From: Octopus sinensis
Taxonomy: Eukaryota
Direction of reading: 5' to 3'
Length of the DNA: 64,000 nt
Assembly (NCBI RefSeq): GCF_006345805.1
Contig: NC_042999.1
Span: forward strand, 100,130,001 to 100,194,000
A program made the translations under genes and the position numbers. This document shows positions 41,501 to 56,508 of this stretch, piece by piece (the first letter of the stretch is position 1; each line of letters opens with the position of its first letter). The notes under the pieces were generated by a model. It worked only from the letters and a program-made list of their open reading frames with translations, searched no databases and had not been told where the DNA came from.

Positions 41501-42880
41501 ATAATTCTCTTCATTATCGGTGGCTACATATGAATGCTTTCCTTTGAGATATATTTAAAATCTTTATAGAATTCAAGACGATTACTAAGAAAGTGGAAAA
41601 CTTTGTTTATGGCAAACAAGTTATATACACACACACATACACATAAAGGTACGATCCAAGGATCAAAGTGTGGGAACTTAGTAAGTCTAGAACAGTCCAT
41701 AGAAGGTATAAAAAAACAACTTTCAGGAACAATAGTGGTTTATTGACGTGGAAGGTTGTAAATTTTTCCCGTATTGAAATTCGATAAGCCGAAAATTGTT
41801 AGCAGCTAGGGTTGCAGTGTATGCAAATAAAAATCCAGAATTAGAAACTGGAGTAGATAAAATCTAGGCTACATATGTTTCATAGCTAGCAGAACGTCAG
41901 AAGTAGTAATTATCTAAACGAGGGGTAATCCGCTAGTTGCGCGTCGGGCCAAAGATATTTTAATCAAATGAAGTTTACATTGTCGTGAAGGGATCCCATG
42001 TTAAGTCGTAGGAGATTCGATCGAAAATGCGTGGACAGCGCAGAGTGAGAGAAGAAAAGGGGAAACATATTTGTGAAGAAATAATATATGAGAGTGGGTA
42101 AGTGTTTAAATTTGTTAAGGAAAACAATAAGAATATGAATAATGAAAAACAGAGGGGCGGGTAGGAGGAAAACATTTGGTATTACTGAAGCTGGCTAGGG
42201 GAATGCCTTTCTGAATTTACTGGGTCTACTGTAGAATAAATAAGTAAATATATTGTGGCACCCGGTAAATACATTTAAACAGAGTAAAAGAAAAAGAAGA
42301 TACAGGAGTGGTATTGAGTTAAAATTTGATAGAAGGGAAGAGAAGGAGAGGGAGGTGGAAGACAATGTTTTTGGTCAGTAGGAGAACAGTACTTCTAGGT
42401 AAGTTGGTAGTTTATCACTTAAAGTGTAGGGAGATGAAAATGTTAGGAAAAATATAAAGCATGGAAAGATAAAGAAATAAAATAAAAATATAAAAATTTA
42501 AAAAATATAAAAATATAAAATTAAAAAAGTAGTTTGATTAAGGTATATTTGGCCTGACAAGTACATAGCGGTTTACCCGTCGTTTGAGTAATTTCTACTT
42601 CCGAGGTTCGGTTAGCTATGAAACGTATGCAGCCTGCATTTTGTCTGTCCATTCCCTAAATTTGGATTGACAAATGTGTGTGTGTGTGTGTGTGTGTGTA
42701 TTTGCAAGATCGCGGGTGCGATTTACAGACAGGACAGCTCATTGTGTTCGTGATCAAAGTACTTCATTTGATGTTGCTCCTCTCCCCAGCGACAGGATAA
42801 CCTTCCGATCAGGTGGAATGCTAGTCTGCTCGTCTATCCACCAATGTATAACAATATCCGATAGTCTGGTTCTTACCGTG

Positions 42881-42924
<44 letters not shown>

Positions 42925-43224
42925 GAGGATAATATCGATATTTAAGTATCCATATTATCTAGTGGCCAGCATGGGAAAAATACCGTACAAAGGTAATAAT
43001 TTTTAACAATTAAAAATGAGGGTGTCTAAGAGACACCAACATGCCGAAATAGCAGTCGAAACTCTGACTATAAAAACCACGTTAAGGGTTCGTGTCGCAC
43101 CATGAGATAAGACAGATAGACAAAATATACAAGCAAAAATTATTGAATAATTCAAGATCCAGGATTTCTGGTTTTGGTATGTATATATATATATATACAT
43201 ACACACACACATATGTATATGTAC

Positions 43225-43507
43225 ATAAGCTTTAAACTTATAAAATACTATTATTATCATTTACAGAATTGTATAAATCGACGCTATTTAACAAAACCAT
43301 CACAAGATATATATAACTATATATATATACACGTGGGACGAGAAAACCTACATTTTTCCTTTCGAGGGCCTATATGCCCAATTATTAGACTATTTTCTTT
43401 AGTCATTGCACGGTGATCGCTTATAAGATTTAAGCTTACAAAATACTATTATCATTATTTACAGAATTGTAAAAATAAGACGCTGCTTAACAAAACCATC
43501 GCAATAT

Positions 43508-43510
<3 letters not shown>
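43225..43510. repeat. Direct repeat pair (~90 bp)
   Basis: 43225-43312 versus 43422-43510 share AAAATACTATTAT..TTTACAGAATTGTA..GACGCT..TTAACAAAACCATC. Confidence 0.8.
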
Positions 43511-43539
<29 letters not shown>

Positions 43540-45359
43540 TTTGTGGTTGTTGTAGTTGTTTTTGTTCTTGTTTTTGTTAATATGGCTTTTATCGTATTTG
43601 GTTCTGTCAAAATTCAAATTAATCGACGAAGGTATTAGTGATGAAGGTTTTAATGGTTGTGATAGTCATAGCAACATTGTTGCCGTTGGGGGTTCTGGTA
43701 CAAAAGGTAGAGGAGCTGGGCGATAGTAGTGGTGGGGTGCAATTTTGCTGCTATTATTGCTCATAGTAGAACGATTGTTATTTTTCTGATGATGGCGTTG
43801 GTGGTCATGGTGTTAGTGGAGACGTTTCGAAGTCGTTATTTATCTTCGTAAGTGAATGCCATTGCATTAGTAGTACTTTACAGTTCTTATTTCTTGAATA
43901 TCCCATTACGAGGGAAATTTCTCTAAAGTGACGCACCATCTATTTTTTCTTTTTCCTAAACAATATTTCTTTCCTGTCACAACATTATTTCGTTTGTCTT
44001 CTTCACGGAATGACCTTCGTTATTACCTATACATCTTATTTATACAGATTTTATTTATTTATCTTAAAGGAAAACCAAATTTCACAAGGAATGGCGTCTC
44101 TCAAATAAAACTAAAATATATCTCAATATACAAAAGGACAACTGAATTTCTATAACAAATAACAAAACAAAACAGAAGTAAAAGAACTATTACGATTACT
44201 AATTGTGTTATGAATTACAAATAGCCGAATGGCTAATCTGTTATAGCATTTGATAAGATAAAACATCCATTACATTTGACACTAACAAATTAAACCCTAT
44301 TTTAAGACTTACAGCGAAGATCGTAAATATAAGGTATTAAATAAAAGGCTGTTTTATATCCTCGTACTTTCGTTCAATTTAATTGAAAAAAAATAATCAT
44401 TGTAAGAAAAATACCTTTTTAAAAATTAGGAATAAGTATATTTTACTTCACACAGAGTTGAATAAATGAATATATAAATACATCTCAAGGAATTACTAAT
44501 TTCACGAAGAGATCTTACTTTTAAGGACGAGTAAAGAGTTTGATATAATTCTATTGGCGAACTCAATATTTCCAGAGAATCGTAGCGTGAAGCATTACCA
44601 GTGCAAGATTTTCATAATCGTGAATAAAACAGAATTAATAGACATATGACACTCCTGTATAGATAGATAATCACCAATAATTGGTTGATCTGATTGACTG
44701 ACTGATTGATTAATTGATTATTCGATTCAATGATAGTTCCTCCTAAATTTAAAGAGATTTGCCAAGACTGGAAGGCAAACAATTATAAGCAGAAGGATTT
44801 TGTAAAATTATAATTTTTGTTTCATTATATTCTTTTTAGCCATGTGAAGCTGGCAGAGCCGTTTAAAGCGTCCTATATTTCTTTCCTGCTTTCTGTTCTG
44901 TGAGGTAGTTCAAATGTCATCTTTGCTTTTTAACCCTATTCTCCGTCAAAAAAAATATGATCCCAACTCAGGGTAGTTGTTGGGCGGTATTGTTGCAGAT
45001 ACCTTTTTATATTAAGCTTCAAAGCGTCTAAAAAGCAATGCTTGAATAAACACTAATGTTTTATTACATCGCTCCTTGCTCTCCTATGTAACAAATCAGT
45101 GGGACAGAGAAGAGAACCTTGCAAAAAGTCTGCCATTACAATATTTTTCCTAAACCTGAGCCTCTAATTAGAGCTTTCCTGGTCTAGATCTTGAGACACA
45201 CGGTTGCCTATAAGGCACTGCATAGTGTATCATATATTTTTATGTTATGTGAATACATTTCATGATGCATTCTAGTGCACAGTGCGTCACTTAAAAAAAA
45301 TATTATATACAGACACACGCATACACACTAATGCAATATTCTCATAAACACGCACATAT

Positions 45360-45459
<100 letters not shown>

Positions 45460-46364
45460 TGTGTGTGTTGTGTGTGTGTGTGTGTCTGTATGCATAGAAA
45501 GAGAGAGAGATAATATATATATATATATACACTAAAGTGAGACCCTGCACAGTAGATCGAGCTCAAAGTTATGACTTTGCAATACTAACAACAAAGGACA
45601 TATGTATTTGAGAGCATAAGTATGCTTTTAGGTTGATATGCTTAAATTTATAAAATATATAAGAATATAAATATATATGTATATTTTTACATACAGACAC
45701 ACACGCATATATATATGTGTGTATGTGTGTGGGTATTTGTGTATATGTGCGTGTGTGCATGTACGTGTACGTGTGATGTGTGTGTGCCCGCGCGTGTGTG
45801 TGGGAGCTTATGTATAATGTGTATGTATGTGAGACTCACTTTTTACGTTGTCTAAACTTTATCTTAGGATAACGTATAGGAAATGTACGCCATAACTTTG
45901 ACAGCGAACGCTCACACATATCAACCCTGTGACACCTATGTCAATAGGGCTACTCATTTCACTTCCTCTCTGTCAACTTGTTAAAATACTTCAGACTTAA
46001 TACAAGAATTCTTATTCTTCAACAGATTTACTTGAGCGGGGATATAATGCTCAGCACTCTAGTCGCCTCTTTTCGTTTGCTCACAAGTCATTAATGCAAA
46101 TGGCCGCCGATATATTTGTTCATGTAAAGTACTATTATCATTTAAGTTTGCATACTTCGGATTGTTCCTCTAATTTAGAGGAAATTGATGGATTTGTCAC
46201 TTAATATTAAAAATTCAAGTATTAGTTGACCTCTTATTTCATTTCTTATTTCTTGCTTATGTATTTATTTATCTGTTCATTTATATTTTCGTGAAATTTT
46301 ATTATTTTCATCTCTCAACTATGAATTATTTTTAAGTATTTGATGTATTGTATTATGTATTTGT

Positions 46365-46746
46365 GGAGACGCAATGGTCCAGTGGTTAGGGCAGCGGACT
46401 CGCGCTCGAAGGATCGCGGTTTCGATTCCCAGACCGGGCGTTGTGAGCGTTTATTGAACGGAAATACCTAAAGTTACACGTGGCTCTGGCAGGGGGTGGG
46501 GCTGGCGAGCCCTTCTGTACTCTTTCACCACAACTTCTCACTCTTTCTTCCTGTTTCTGTTGCACCTGTATTTCAAAGGGCCATCTTTGTCACACACTGT
46601 GTCACACTGAATCTCCCAGAGAACTACGTTAAGAGTACACGTGTCTGTGGAATGCTCAGCCACTTACACGTTAATTTCACGAGCAGGCTGTTGCGTTGAT
46701 CAGATCAACTGGAACCCTCGTCGTCCTAACCGACGGAGTGCCACAA
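46365..46746 (+). mobile_element. Full-length tRNA(Arg)-like SINE (family C; resembles octopus OR-type SINEs)
   Basis: Head GGAGACGCAATGGTCCAGTGGTTAGGGCAGCGGACTCGCG..GGTTTCGATTCCC has A and B boxes and a TCG anticodon-like loop, followed by a ~300-nt non-tRNA body. Confidence 0.7.
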
Positions 46747-47859
46747 CGATTACGTATTTATATTTTAAAATATCTCAAAATCAATCTTGGCGTTGTACAA
46801 TGTTGAGAGACATAAATTTACTTCAGTTGCTAAAAATTAACTTCAATAAGAAAACGTTACCAAACAGATTTGTTCCTAATATTTCTAAAAAAATTTTCTC
46901 TTATATTTTTACCCTCCCTTTTTATGCACTAATGATATATTTGACGGGAAACTAATTGCCTAATAATCTAGTTTCGAATCTCAGTTGCAGTTTATTATCC
47001 TCCTACTAGCGCATATATGTAATATATATTTTCTCACACGCTTTTACATTTTAGGTTGAATTCAATTGAGTTATGTGTTGATGAATTCTGTATGCCTTCA
47101 ACAATAAAACAAATTCCTCCTGTGATTACGTTAATTTGATATATTTTTAAGTATATATTGCTTTTTTTTTTCAGGTATTGAATTGGGAAGTCGCAAAGAG
47201 AATTCCGAATTTTTAAACGATCTGCATAGAATGCCTTTTTATAAATCAAGTGAGTACGACAATATAAAACATATATTTTGTTGTTCTTTTTTTAAAACTG
47301 CAATTCTGAAATAGCAATAAAAACATAAAAGAACATGAATTTCGACGATAGCGCGGTTATTACAATGTATAATTTAAACACTGATATTTTTCATTTCGTA
47401 ACTTGTTACAAGTTATTTCTTTGTAAATTCGTTTGGCCAAAATACGTAACAGCTCTTTATTGCTGTCTGAGTATGCATGTATGAAAATGCGCTTCTCAGT
47501 CAAACGTGACTCTTGTATATTGAATAATTCTTTATTTTACTATAGTTTGTTAATCAACGTCAAAGAACATCCTCAGTTAAAATTATACCCTTTGTATTTT
47601 CGTATGTCCATTACATTTAGAAACGCTAGGAATTCTGATCTAAGCTATATAAAAATTAAACGTCTTCTTGAAAATCATCATCAAGCTAATATCACTATTC
47701 CAGAGGCACGAAACTTTTCTACATTATTTTGATGACACGTTCAGCCGCAAATGTTGCACAGAAAATTGCTCAATAGCCTTTGCATTAATGGCGTTAACTA
47801 ATAATGTCATAATAATTTCTGATTTCCACATTACGCACTCTTACAGTTTCACAAATATA

Positions 47860-47958
47860 TGCATTCATACGTACATACTTACATACATACTTACAAACAT
47901 ACATACAAGTATACATACATACATACATACATACATACATACACACACACGCACTCAT

Positions 47959-48003
<45 letters not shown>

Positions 48004-48011
48004 AATATACA

Positions 48012-48109
<98 letters not shown>

Positions 48110-48216
48110 GTTATTATGCACGTACGCTGCGAAATATATAATAAACCTTTACATAAATAACGTGAAATACACGAAAGGACGAATAAAAAAAACAAATGGG
48201 TCATTCAAAGCCTTAC

Positions 48217-48261
<45 letters not shown>

Positions 48262-48411
48262 ATATATTTATATATATACATATATATATATACATATATA
48301 TATACACACATATATATATACACACACATATATATACACATATATATACACACATATATAAATATATATACACATATATATATATATACATATATGTATA
48401 CATATATATAT

Positions 48412-48450
<39 letters not shown>

Positions 48451-48472
48451 TACACACACACACACACACATA

Positions 48473-48529
<57 letters not shown>

Positions 48530-48742
48530 CATATATATACATATATATACATATGTATATATGTGTGTGTATGTGTGCATGTAAAGAAAACCCAAATGTG
48601 ACATGGAACCGATTAAAGGAAATGAACTTGTATATCTATATATGTGTATGTATATGTATATATAAATATTTTTATATGTATATATGCATATATATATATG
48701 CGTGTTTGTGTATATGCATATATACATATATATATATATACA
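47860..48742. repeat. Large compound (TACA)/(CA)/(TA) microsatellite field
   Basis: Direct reading. Confidence 0.9.
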
Positions 48743-49251
48743 CTCTCACTCTTCCTCCTTGACTCTCTCCTTGCTCACACGTGACTTATGCCCATTCTTT
48801 CTTTCTTTCACTTCCTTCCTAAAGACAAGACGTGCTTTTATCTGTCTCTGCTCAAAGCTCGTTTTTCCAAATGTTCACCACTTCACATCGTCTTGACTTA
48901 ACAGCCTTTACCGTTTGTTTTTACTGTTTTGTTAACACTGTCCTGTTTTTGTTACCATTTTCACCCTCCACAAAACATCTAAAATTTTATTTAATTTGCT
49001 TTGCGAGAAGGACTATTTTAACGAAGTTGCGTATTGTCCTTACCTTCGAAAATGTGGAGTAGATAAAACAGGGGACAACTGATGAAGGGAATGTTCTTTA
49101 TGTTACATGTCTCGATTCTCTGTTTGCTTTTTTCGTTGTTCGAAAAAAGTTGGTTTTCTGCTTTTGTTTTTTATGTTTCTCATTCTGTCTACGTTTTTTT
49201 TTATGTTACTCATATATGCATGTATATATAGATATATATGTAGGCATGTAC

Positions 49252-49337
<86 letters not shown>

Positions 49338-49899
49338 TGTATGTATGTATGTATGTATGTATGTATTTATGTATGTATGTATGTATATATACGTATATAT
49401 CCAATCAACTATGGGAAGAATAATAAATTAGATTGTTTGAAAAAGAACACGAACAAGTAAACTTCATATTCCTATATGATACGTTATTAATTTCTAAAAC
49501 GTAATACGTTACTGCGAAGTAACACGTTTGATGCTGCAAATTCCTTCGATCTTTAGATCACTACTAACAATAGATTTGAACATGACTAGGCAAACGATAT
49601 ATTTCCAAAGAGCATTAGAATTATTACGTAATGCTAGTAATATTATCAAATGCATCTTTGAAAGCGTAAAGGATATATTTCTGTCTTTCTTTTTCTTTTT
49701 TTTTTCCATTGGTCTGCGTGAGTTGACTACTTTCTAGATATCAATGTAGTTTACATGAGTTACGACTCAAGACGCTTAAGTTTCGTTCTGCTGATGACAC
49801 ACTTATTTCTATAATGCATAGTCCTCCTTAAGTTTTTGTCCCGATATTTTCTGGCAATTTTTCACGCGTATAATGTACTGTCCAACGAATGAAGTTTCT

Positions 49900-50135
49900 G
49901 CAAATTCTTGCTGAACAATCTGCACAGATAATTTGTTTATAGGGTTAGGGTTAGGGTTATGCTCACTCACTCCATCAAATCAACCTTGCCTGTATACGTG
50001 AGATGTCGAAATCATCCCAGAGGAGCATGATATGAAGTATTTTGTTGAAGAATGTAATGCATCACACGGTCCTCAAATCAAACTCACAATCTTTTGTTCG
50101 TGAAAGCAACAACCTAACCACTAGGCCTCGCGCCG
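49900..50135 (-). mobile_element. SINE family E carrying a (TTAGGG)n patch
   Basis: Homologous to 9813-10060; TAGGGTTAGGGTTAGGGTTA at 49940-49959. Confidence 0.65.
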
Positions 50136-50237
50136 TAGTTACACTTGTACTCCTTGTACTCACATACATGTTATCTATACATCTATGTTTCTCGCCTCTC
50201 TTCCTCTTCATCCCGTTATATATATATATATATATAT

Positions 50238-50551
50238 ATTCTTTTACTCTTTTATTTGGTTTCAGTCATTTGACTGCGACCATTCTGGAGCAACGCCTTT
50301 AGTCGAACAAATCGATCCCAGGACTTATTCTTTGTAAACCTAGTACTAATTCTATCGGTCTCTTTTGCCGAACCGCTAGTTTACGGGGTCGTAAAAACAC
50401 AAGCATCCATTGTCAAGCGATAGTAGGGGGACAAACAGACACAAACAAACACATACATACACACTCACATACACACATACATGCATACATACATACATAC
50501 ATACATACATACATACATACATACATACATACATACATACATACATACATG

Positions 50552-50590
<39 letters not shown>

Positions 50591-51072
50591 GACGGACTTC
50601 TTTCAGTTTCCGTCTACCAAATCCACTCACAAGGCTTTGTTCTGGCCAAGGCTATAGTAGTTGACACTTGCCTAAGGTGCCACGCAGTGGTACTGAACCC
50701 TGAACCATGCGCCTATATATATATAAATACTTTTATTACTTTACTTGTTTCAGTCATTTTTATTGTGGCCATGCTGAAGTACCGCCTTTTAGTCGAAGAA
50801 ATCTACCCTTGGATTTATTCTTTGTAAGCCTGGTATTTATTTTGTTAGTCACTTTTCCTGAACCGCTAAGTTACGAGGGCATAAACACACCAACATCAAT
50901 TGTCAAACGATGATGGAGTGACAAACACAGGCAAAAGCACACAACTGTATACATATATATGTACGGCAGACTTCTTTCAATTTCCGTCTACCAAATCAAT
51001 TCACAAGGCTCTGGTCGGCCCGAGGCTATAGTAAAACGCACTTGCCCAAGGTGCCACGTGGTGGAACTGAAC
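50238..51072 (-). mobile_element. Two tandem SINE family A copies (50238-50710, 50730-51072)
   Basis: Both match the reverse complement of 57172-57587. Confidence 0.85.
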
Positions 51073-51074
51073 AC

Positions 51075-51450
51075 AACCGGCCAGATATTATTCTGTGGCG
51101 CCACAAGAAAAATAAAGTCTTATTGTGCAAATTAACTGCCCTCTGGACATTAATTTGGCCAGAATGTGGTCAGAAAAAAGGAAAGGTGTGAGTGAATATC
51201 AATGGACCATTGGTAATGAGTTTGCAAATCGCCTACCAAAGATACACTTTTGGATTCATACTTGTTATTATTGGAGCAAGAGGATGTGTACCAGCCTGCC
51301 TGGAGTAAAGAATGGCAGAGCTTGGGTTTTTGGGTAGGAAATGTAGTTGCTCGCATCGCAAATATCTTGGATAAAATGATCGCTCGATATTTAAAGGATG
51401 GTGAATCTAAGAAGCTTTCCTTCGCAGCATTGTTATCAAATCAGTGAGTG
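51075..51450 (+). pseudogene. Decayed RLE endonuclease 3' end of a second RLE-LINE lineage
   Basis: Frameshifted RPDIILWRHKK / QINCPLDINL / LVIIGARGCVP. Confidence 0.6.
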
Positions 51451-51681
51451 ATCAAAATTAAAATCAAAAAGGGAAAAAGAGAACGTATATAGACTCATAC
51501 ATACATGCATAAATATGTGTGCATATGTCTATGTATGCGTATGAGTGTATGCTTGTATATAAAACTTAGATGGCATAGATCACGCGAGTGTATGATCTGT
51601 GTGTCTCTGTTTGTGTCTGTGCTTCTGTGTGTCTGTGTTTGTGTATATATTTACATGTGTGTGTATGTGTGTGAGTGTGTG

Positions 51682-51768
<87 letters not shown>

Positions 51769-52568
51769 ACTAATTTGAGGCAATGACAAATCCAGTTAAA
51801 ACGTGGTGTTGTTGCTAAGAACACTACGCTTATAAGAACACTCAAATTGACTGCAATGTCCTCTACTGCCACTAAGCTTATTCTAAATCACTAACATGTA
51901 TATACTATATATTTACACATCTATTTATTTATTTCGATTGTGTTTGATTTGTTCTCTTCTATCCATTACTATTACTATTATTTGTGAGATAAGAGTTTGG
52001 GCTGGGGTTGTGTCCTGAAATTTTCCTTTCCATTGATTTCGGCCAACTTCTAAAGAATCTACTTTACTCAGAACTGCTAGTGACAAGCCCACTCGCAATC
52101 TACACTCATTCATATAAAGCGCCTTTATCTCTCCTCACTGACAACATGTCTCCTACAACCATATGCCCACCGTTGTCGTTTACGGTATACAGATACCTTA
52201 ATCAATATCAACATATGTGTTAGACATATCCTAGTTTTCACATCAGTTTCCAGTCATCCTAAGCATTATCTTCACATTATCATCCCATCGCTCAACAATT
52301 CCTTACCGTTTTTCTACGAACATCATTTCATTCCGATCCATTTCTACTTTCTCTCGTTTTCATCACATTCCATCTAACCTCAACACTAAACTTTGTTTTT
52401 CTTCTTTCTTTTATTATTTTCTTTTTTTTTTGTCATTTAAAAACAAATCATCTTGCTTCTAGAATTTCTTATGCCTTCAGTTTTAGTCTCTTCACCATCG
52501 CCTCTTTGTCTTCTCTCTCTATTGTGTGGGTTTATGTGTGTGTATGCATATATGTATATGCATATACG

Positions 52569-52604
<36 letters not shown>

Positions 52605-52826
52605 CGTATATGCATATACATATATACATACACACACACATAAACGCATTTATGAATATATGTATTTAGATGCATACATACTTATAGATACCTATATATA
52701 ATATATACATGTGTGCATGCATGTACATTTATGTGTGTGTGTGTATGTATGGAGGTATATATATATATGCATACATATGTACATACATACATACATTACT
52801 TACCTACATATACACACGCATATATA

Positions 52827-52882
<56 letters not shown>

Positions 52883-53141
52883 GCACACACTCACACATAC
52901 CTGTGTATATATATATTCTCTTATTCCTTCACTTTACTTTCTCTATCACCTTCTTTTCTGTTTGTCTTTTCGTTTCTTCTTGAAACGTATATATACGCCT
53001 ACACTCACTCATACCAACTATCCCATTCCTTTTTCCATTTATATCTCGCTAAATCATATACATATTCATTCTATCTGCCACTATTGCTCCCGATCTTCTT
53101 CCTCTATTTCTATAGCTACAGCTCACGCTTCCTCTCTATCA

Positions 53142-53175
<34 letters not shown>

Positions 53176-53640
53176 TTATCAGTCTATCTATCTGCCTGTC
53201 TGCCTATCCTTCAGTCTATCTATTTCTCTATATATATCTATCTATTTATTTATCTGTCTATCTGCCTGTTTGTTTATCTGTCTGTCTAACTATTTCACCA
53301 CTTTACAGTCGAAAGGGAATGCAGTATGCCTATTTTTCCAGTCTCCGCTTTTACTAACCCACGCTCACGATTACCCTCTTCCTACGTTATTACTCACTTC
53401 TCTCTCTTTCCCTCATTCCCTCCCTCTCTCTACCTCTCCATTTTCCTCCCTCTGTCCATATATCTTTGCATGTCTCCTTCGTTATGTTCCCCTTTTCGAA
53501 TGTAATGACAGTTACTTCCACACGCTCTCTCAGTGACTTTCACAATCTCACACTCCCTAGCTTTTTTACACTTTCTTCCCTTCTTCTCCTTATCCTCTTT
53601 CTCATAGGTGAAGGCAGAATACACACACTTCCAATTTCTG

Positions 53641-53691
53641 CTGTCAGTCAATTGTCACCAATAAACAATGATTGCATTGTCATACTATTGG
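53641..53691. promoter_or_regulatory. Candidate cis-regulatory cluster (TALE decamer, two CCAAT boxes, inverted Sox pair)
   Basis: CTGTCAGTCA (TGACTGACAG on minus), CCAAT at 53658, ACAATG-n4-CATTGT at 53665-53680, ATTGG at 53687. Motif matches only. Confidence 0.3.
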
Positions 53692-56407
53692 ACCTACACG
53701 CTCAAAGTAATTGTCCAACAGCTTCCATTCAATAAAATGAATTCATGCTGCTTGACTACCTAGCTCACTCATATGATTGAATTTATTGCTGAAGATGGTA
53801 ATCTGAAGATTTTTCGACAATAGAACAAAAGACAAAAACTATTATTGGTTGTGCTTAAAACTATTAAAAGCATACCGCTTAATATCTTTAATATAAGTTT
53901 GTTGTAATGACACAAGGGCAAATCTTCCAGCATAAAAGGGATATTATCGATTTAATAGGCTTCTGAGTATTATTTGTACTTATTATAGAGACCTCGATAA
54001 AAGTGGATGCTTCATGTGAAATGTGAACTTGAAAAATGCCTATGTAAAAGCGAAACGGAATACTTCAGAAATTTGATTTTATGCCTCAGTAAGAAATCAA
54101 TGTTAAAATAATTGATGAATATATTAAGACATTTCCACGTATGATTCGGTATGTTTGTGGCGTAACAAAACAAATAATCGTCGTAGTTATATCATATATG
54201 GCAAACCTGTAACGAACCAGTGAGGAAACTTTTAAAATGGTCGCTAAACCTAATAAAAAAAAACACCGAAGTGTCGCTGAAATCACGCCCTACAGCCTTA
54301 AAAAATGCAGTAGTCATAGCTGAGACATTTCTTACTCTAGTGCGACAAACTCAGAATTAATGAGAAGGTAATAACGTATAGAAACAGTGGCTCCAAACAT
54401 TTTAAGGTTTCGAAAAATATTGACAGTTAGACTTTTCTATTAACAGAGTAATTAAGAGAATTAATACTGTTTGTGTTCTTTCAAAATGTATTTTGGTCAG
54501 AATAATTCTGATGCTGTGATACAAAAGGATTTAGACACTTTGCTGTAGAGTTGAATGAATTACAAGTTTCTAATCTTTTTAGTGATGGGTAAACTAAGAA
54601 TGAACGTTTTCTTAGGAGATATTTTCTTGTTTCCTATTTCGTTCACACAGTGAGTTTGTGTTGGTTTGTGTTGATACACAAAGTAAATATTTGATTCGAA
54701 TATCTACACAAATATTTACGTTTTTAGTGTAAACAGATTTAATAATCTGTATTTCATGAATAAATAATAGGTGCTAATTCTACTATAATTTCATTCGCAT
54801 CCGTGATATATTATAGAAATAAACATTGACTTGACTCCGTATATTATTCTACCAACCTCAGTGGGATCAATGGCGGAGACGTTTGTTGACATTACTAAAT
54901 TTAGCATTATCAATTATATTTAAGTCATTTACAAATGGAGTATAAATGGAGTTCGGTAAAAACAATCTCCTAGTATAATTCCATTCATATCTAGGATACA
55001 TTTTATTATAGAAATCAACCTAACACTTCACAGATACTTTATTTGATCGATTCTAGAAGAATGAAAGGCAAAGTTGGGTTTCAACTCAGAACGTTGAGAG
55101 CAGTAACTAAATATCACAAGGAATAACACTCATCAATGCAACCACATTGTTTCACTTTATATGTATTACTTACATTTATACCCAGTCATTGTTAGTTAAG
55201 GTTAGCTTCAATCTCCTCTACTAAAAGTAGAAACCAAACCACCCTGAAATCTTACTTGTTCATCTAAAGACATGAAGACATGGAAAACAGCGTGAGTTTA
55301 GATGCAATATATCTAAAAATAAATATCAGATGGTCATAGTTAGAACGCTTTTAATGATATATATATATACTCGAAAAGGGCTGGCCTGAGGATAAATACC
55401 ACTAATATAATCAGCAACAACGAGCCAATGAAGGAAACTCTTGGTTGCTTAGCCTGCAAGAAAAAGCACTGACATCTCTCGTCTTATAAAAGGATACATT
55501 GAATGATGCCTAGTGTACATTATTTCACACGAGAAAAGGTGTTACAATCAAGATGGGAATGGACTTTTATTACAGGTATGTCTTCCCTATCAGTGCAGTC
55601 CTTGGATTAAACAACAGCGACTGCCCTTACCTCTCAACAGAACTGTGACAAATCTATCTTATCTAGTTTTTACCGTAACAACAACAAAGAGGAGATTTAC
55701 ATGTATCAACATGAAGCGAAATACGTACAGCTAATATGTTGAAGAAACTGTAATTCAACTAACTTCGGAAATACCCTGGGAAGGAAAAACTCCAAACTTT
55801 TAAAACATTAAATAAATCTGAAAAATTGCTTTGTTTTTCTGTGACAGCATGGTTTCAATGGATACAGAGGATGAAAGTTGATATAAGTGTTGGTTTGTCT
55901 TCGGTTTTCTGGATTTTAAAACAAGAAGCACCAGGATGGGTTGCATAGAGATGTCATTCTGATTTAAGTTCAAAATGATATGAAATATTGTACGCAAAGT
56001 ATCTACATTGCATGAAGTCTCATTTAGTGCCAAGAACGCTGGAAAATCCAACAACTATTATGCATTATACGTCAAAAACTGTTTGTAATGCGAGAATTTG
56101 ACGTGTCAAAATGCCAGTGTAATTCAAGAGATTTCGGAATAAATTAAATCAAAAAACAAAACAAAAAAAGCTTCCTAAGACGTTTTGAAGGATGTCCAAA
56201 ATTTTATGAATTAATGAATATGAAGTAATACTAGAATAATTGAGAAAAGAAAGAAAGATTTCTTTGAAAATTATCATCTAATCACACTGACCTCAGCTCA
56301 GATCTGTGTTCCTGGCCGTTGCCGATTCTATCAGTGTTACGATATCTTACCTACATACATTATATGTATATAAAAAGTGATTGAAATAATATGCCGTATA
56401 CATATGC

Positions 56408-56508
<101 letters not shown>

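Noticed and set aside
41640-42620. Purine-rich unassigned segment, possibly a TE remnant (likewise 36060-37110 and 26870-27900)
   Set aside because: No recognisable peptide motif or terminal structure.
46365-46440. Possible tRNA-Arg gene
   Set aside because: The acceptor stem does not close, there is no poly-T terminator, and it continues into a SINE body.
49070-49130. CTGATGA motif as a hammerhead (also 26177, 31264, 43786, 49791)
   Set aside because: No correctly placed stem II, GAAA and stem I.
55740-56200. Possible hAT transposase relic (HC/LHEVSFSAK-like)
   Set aside because: Too degenerate to support without a profile search.
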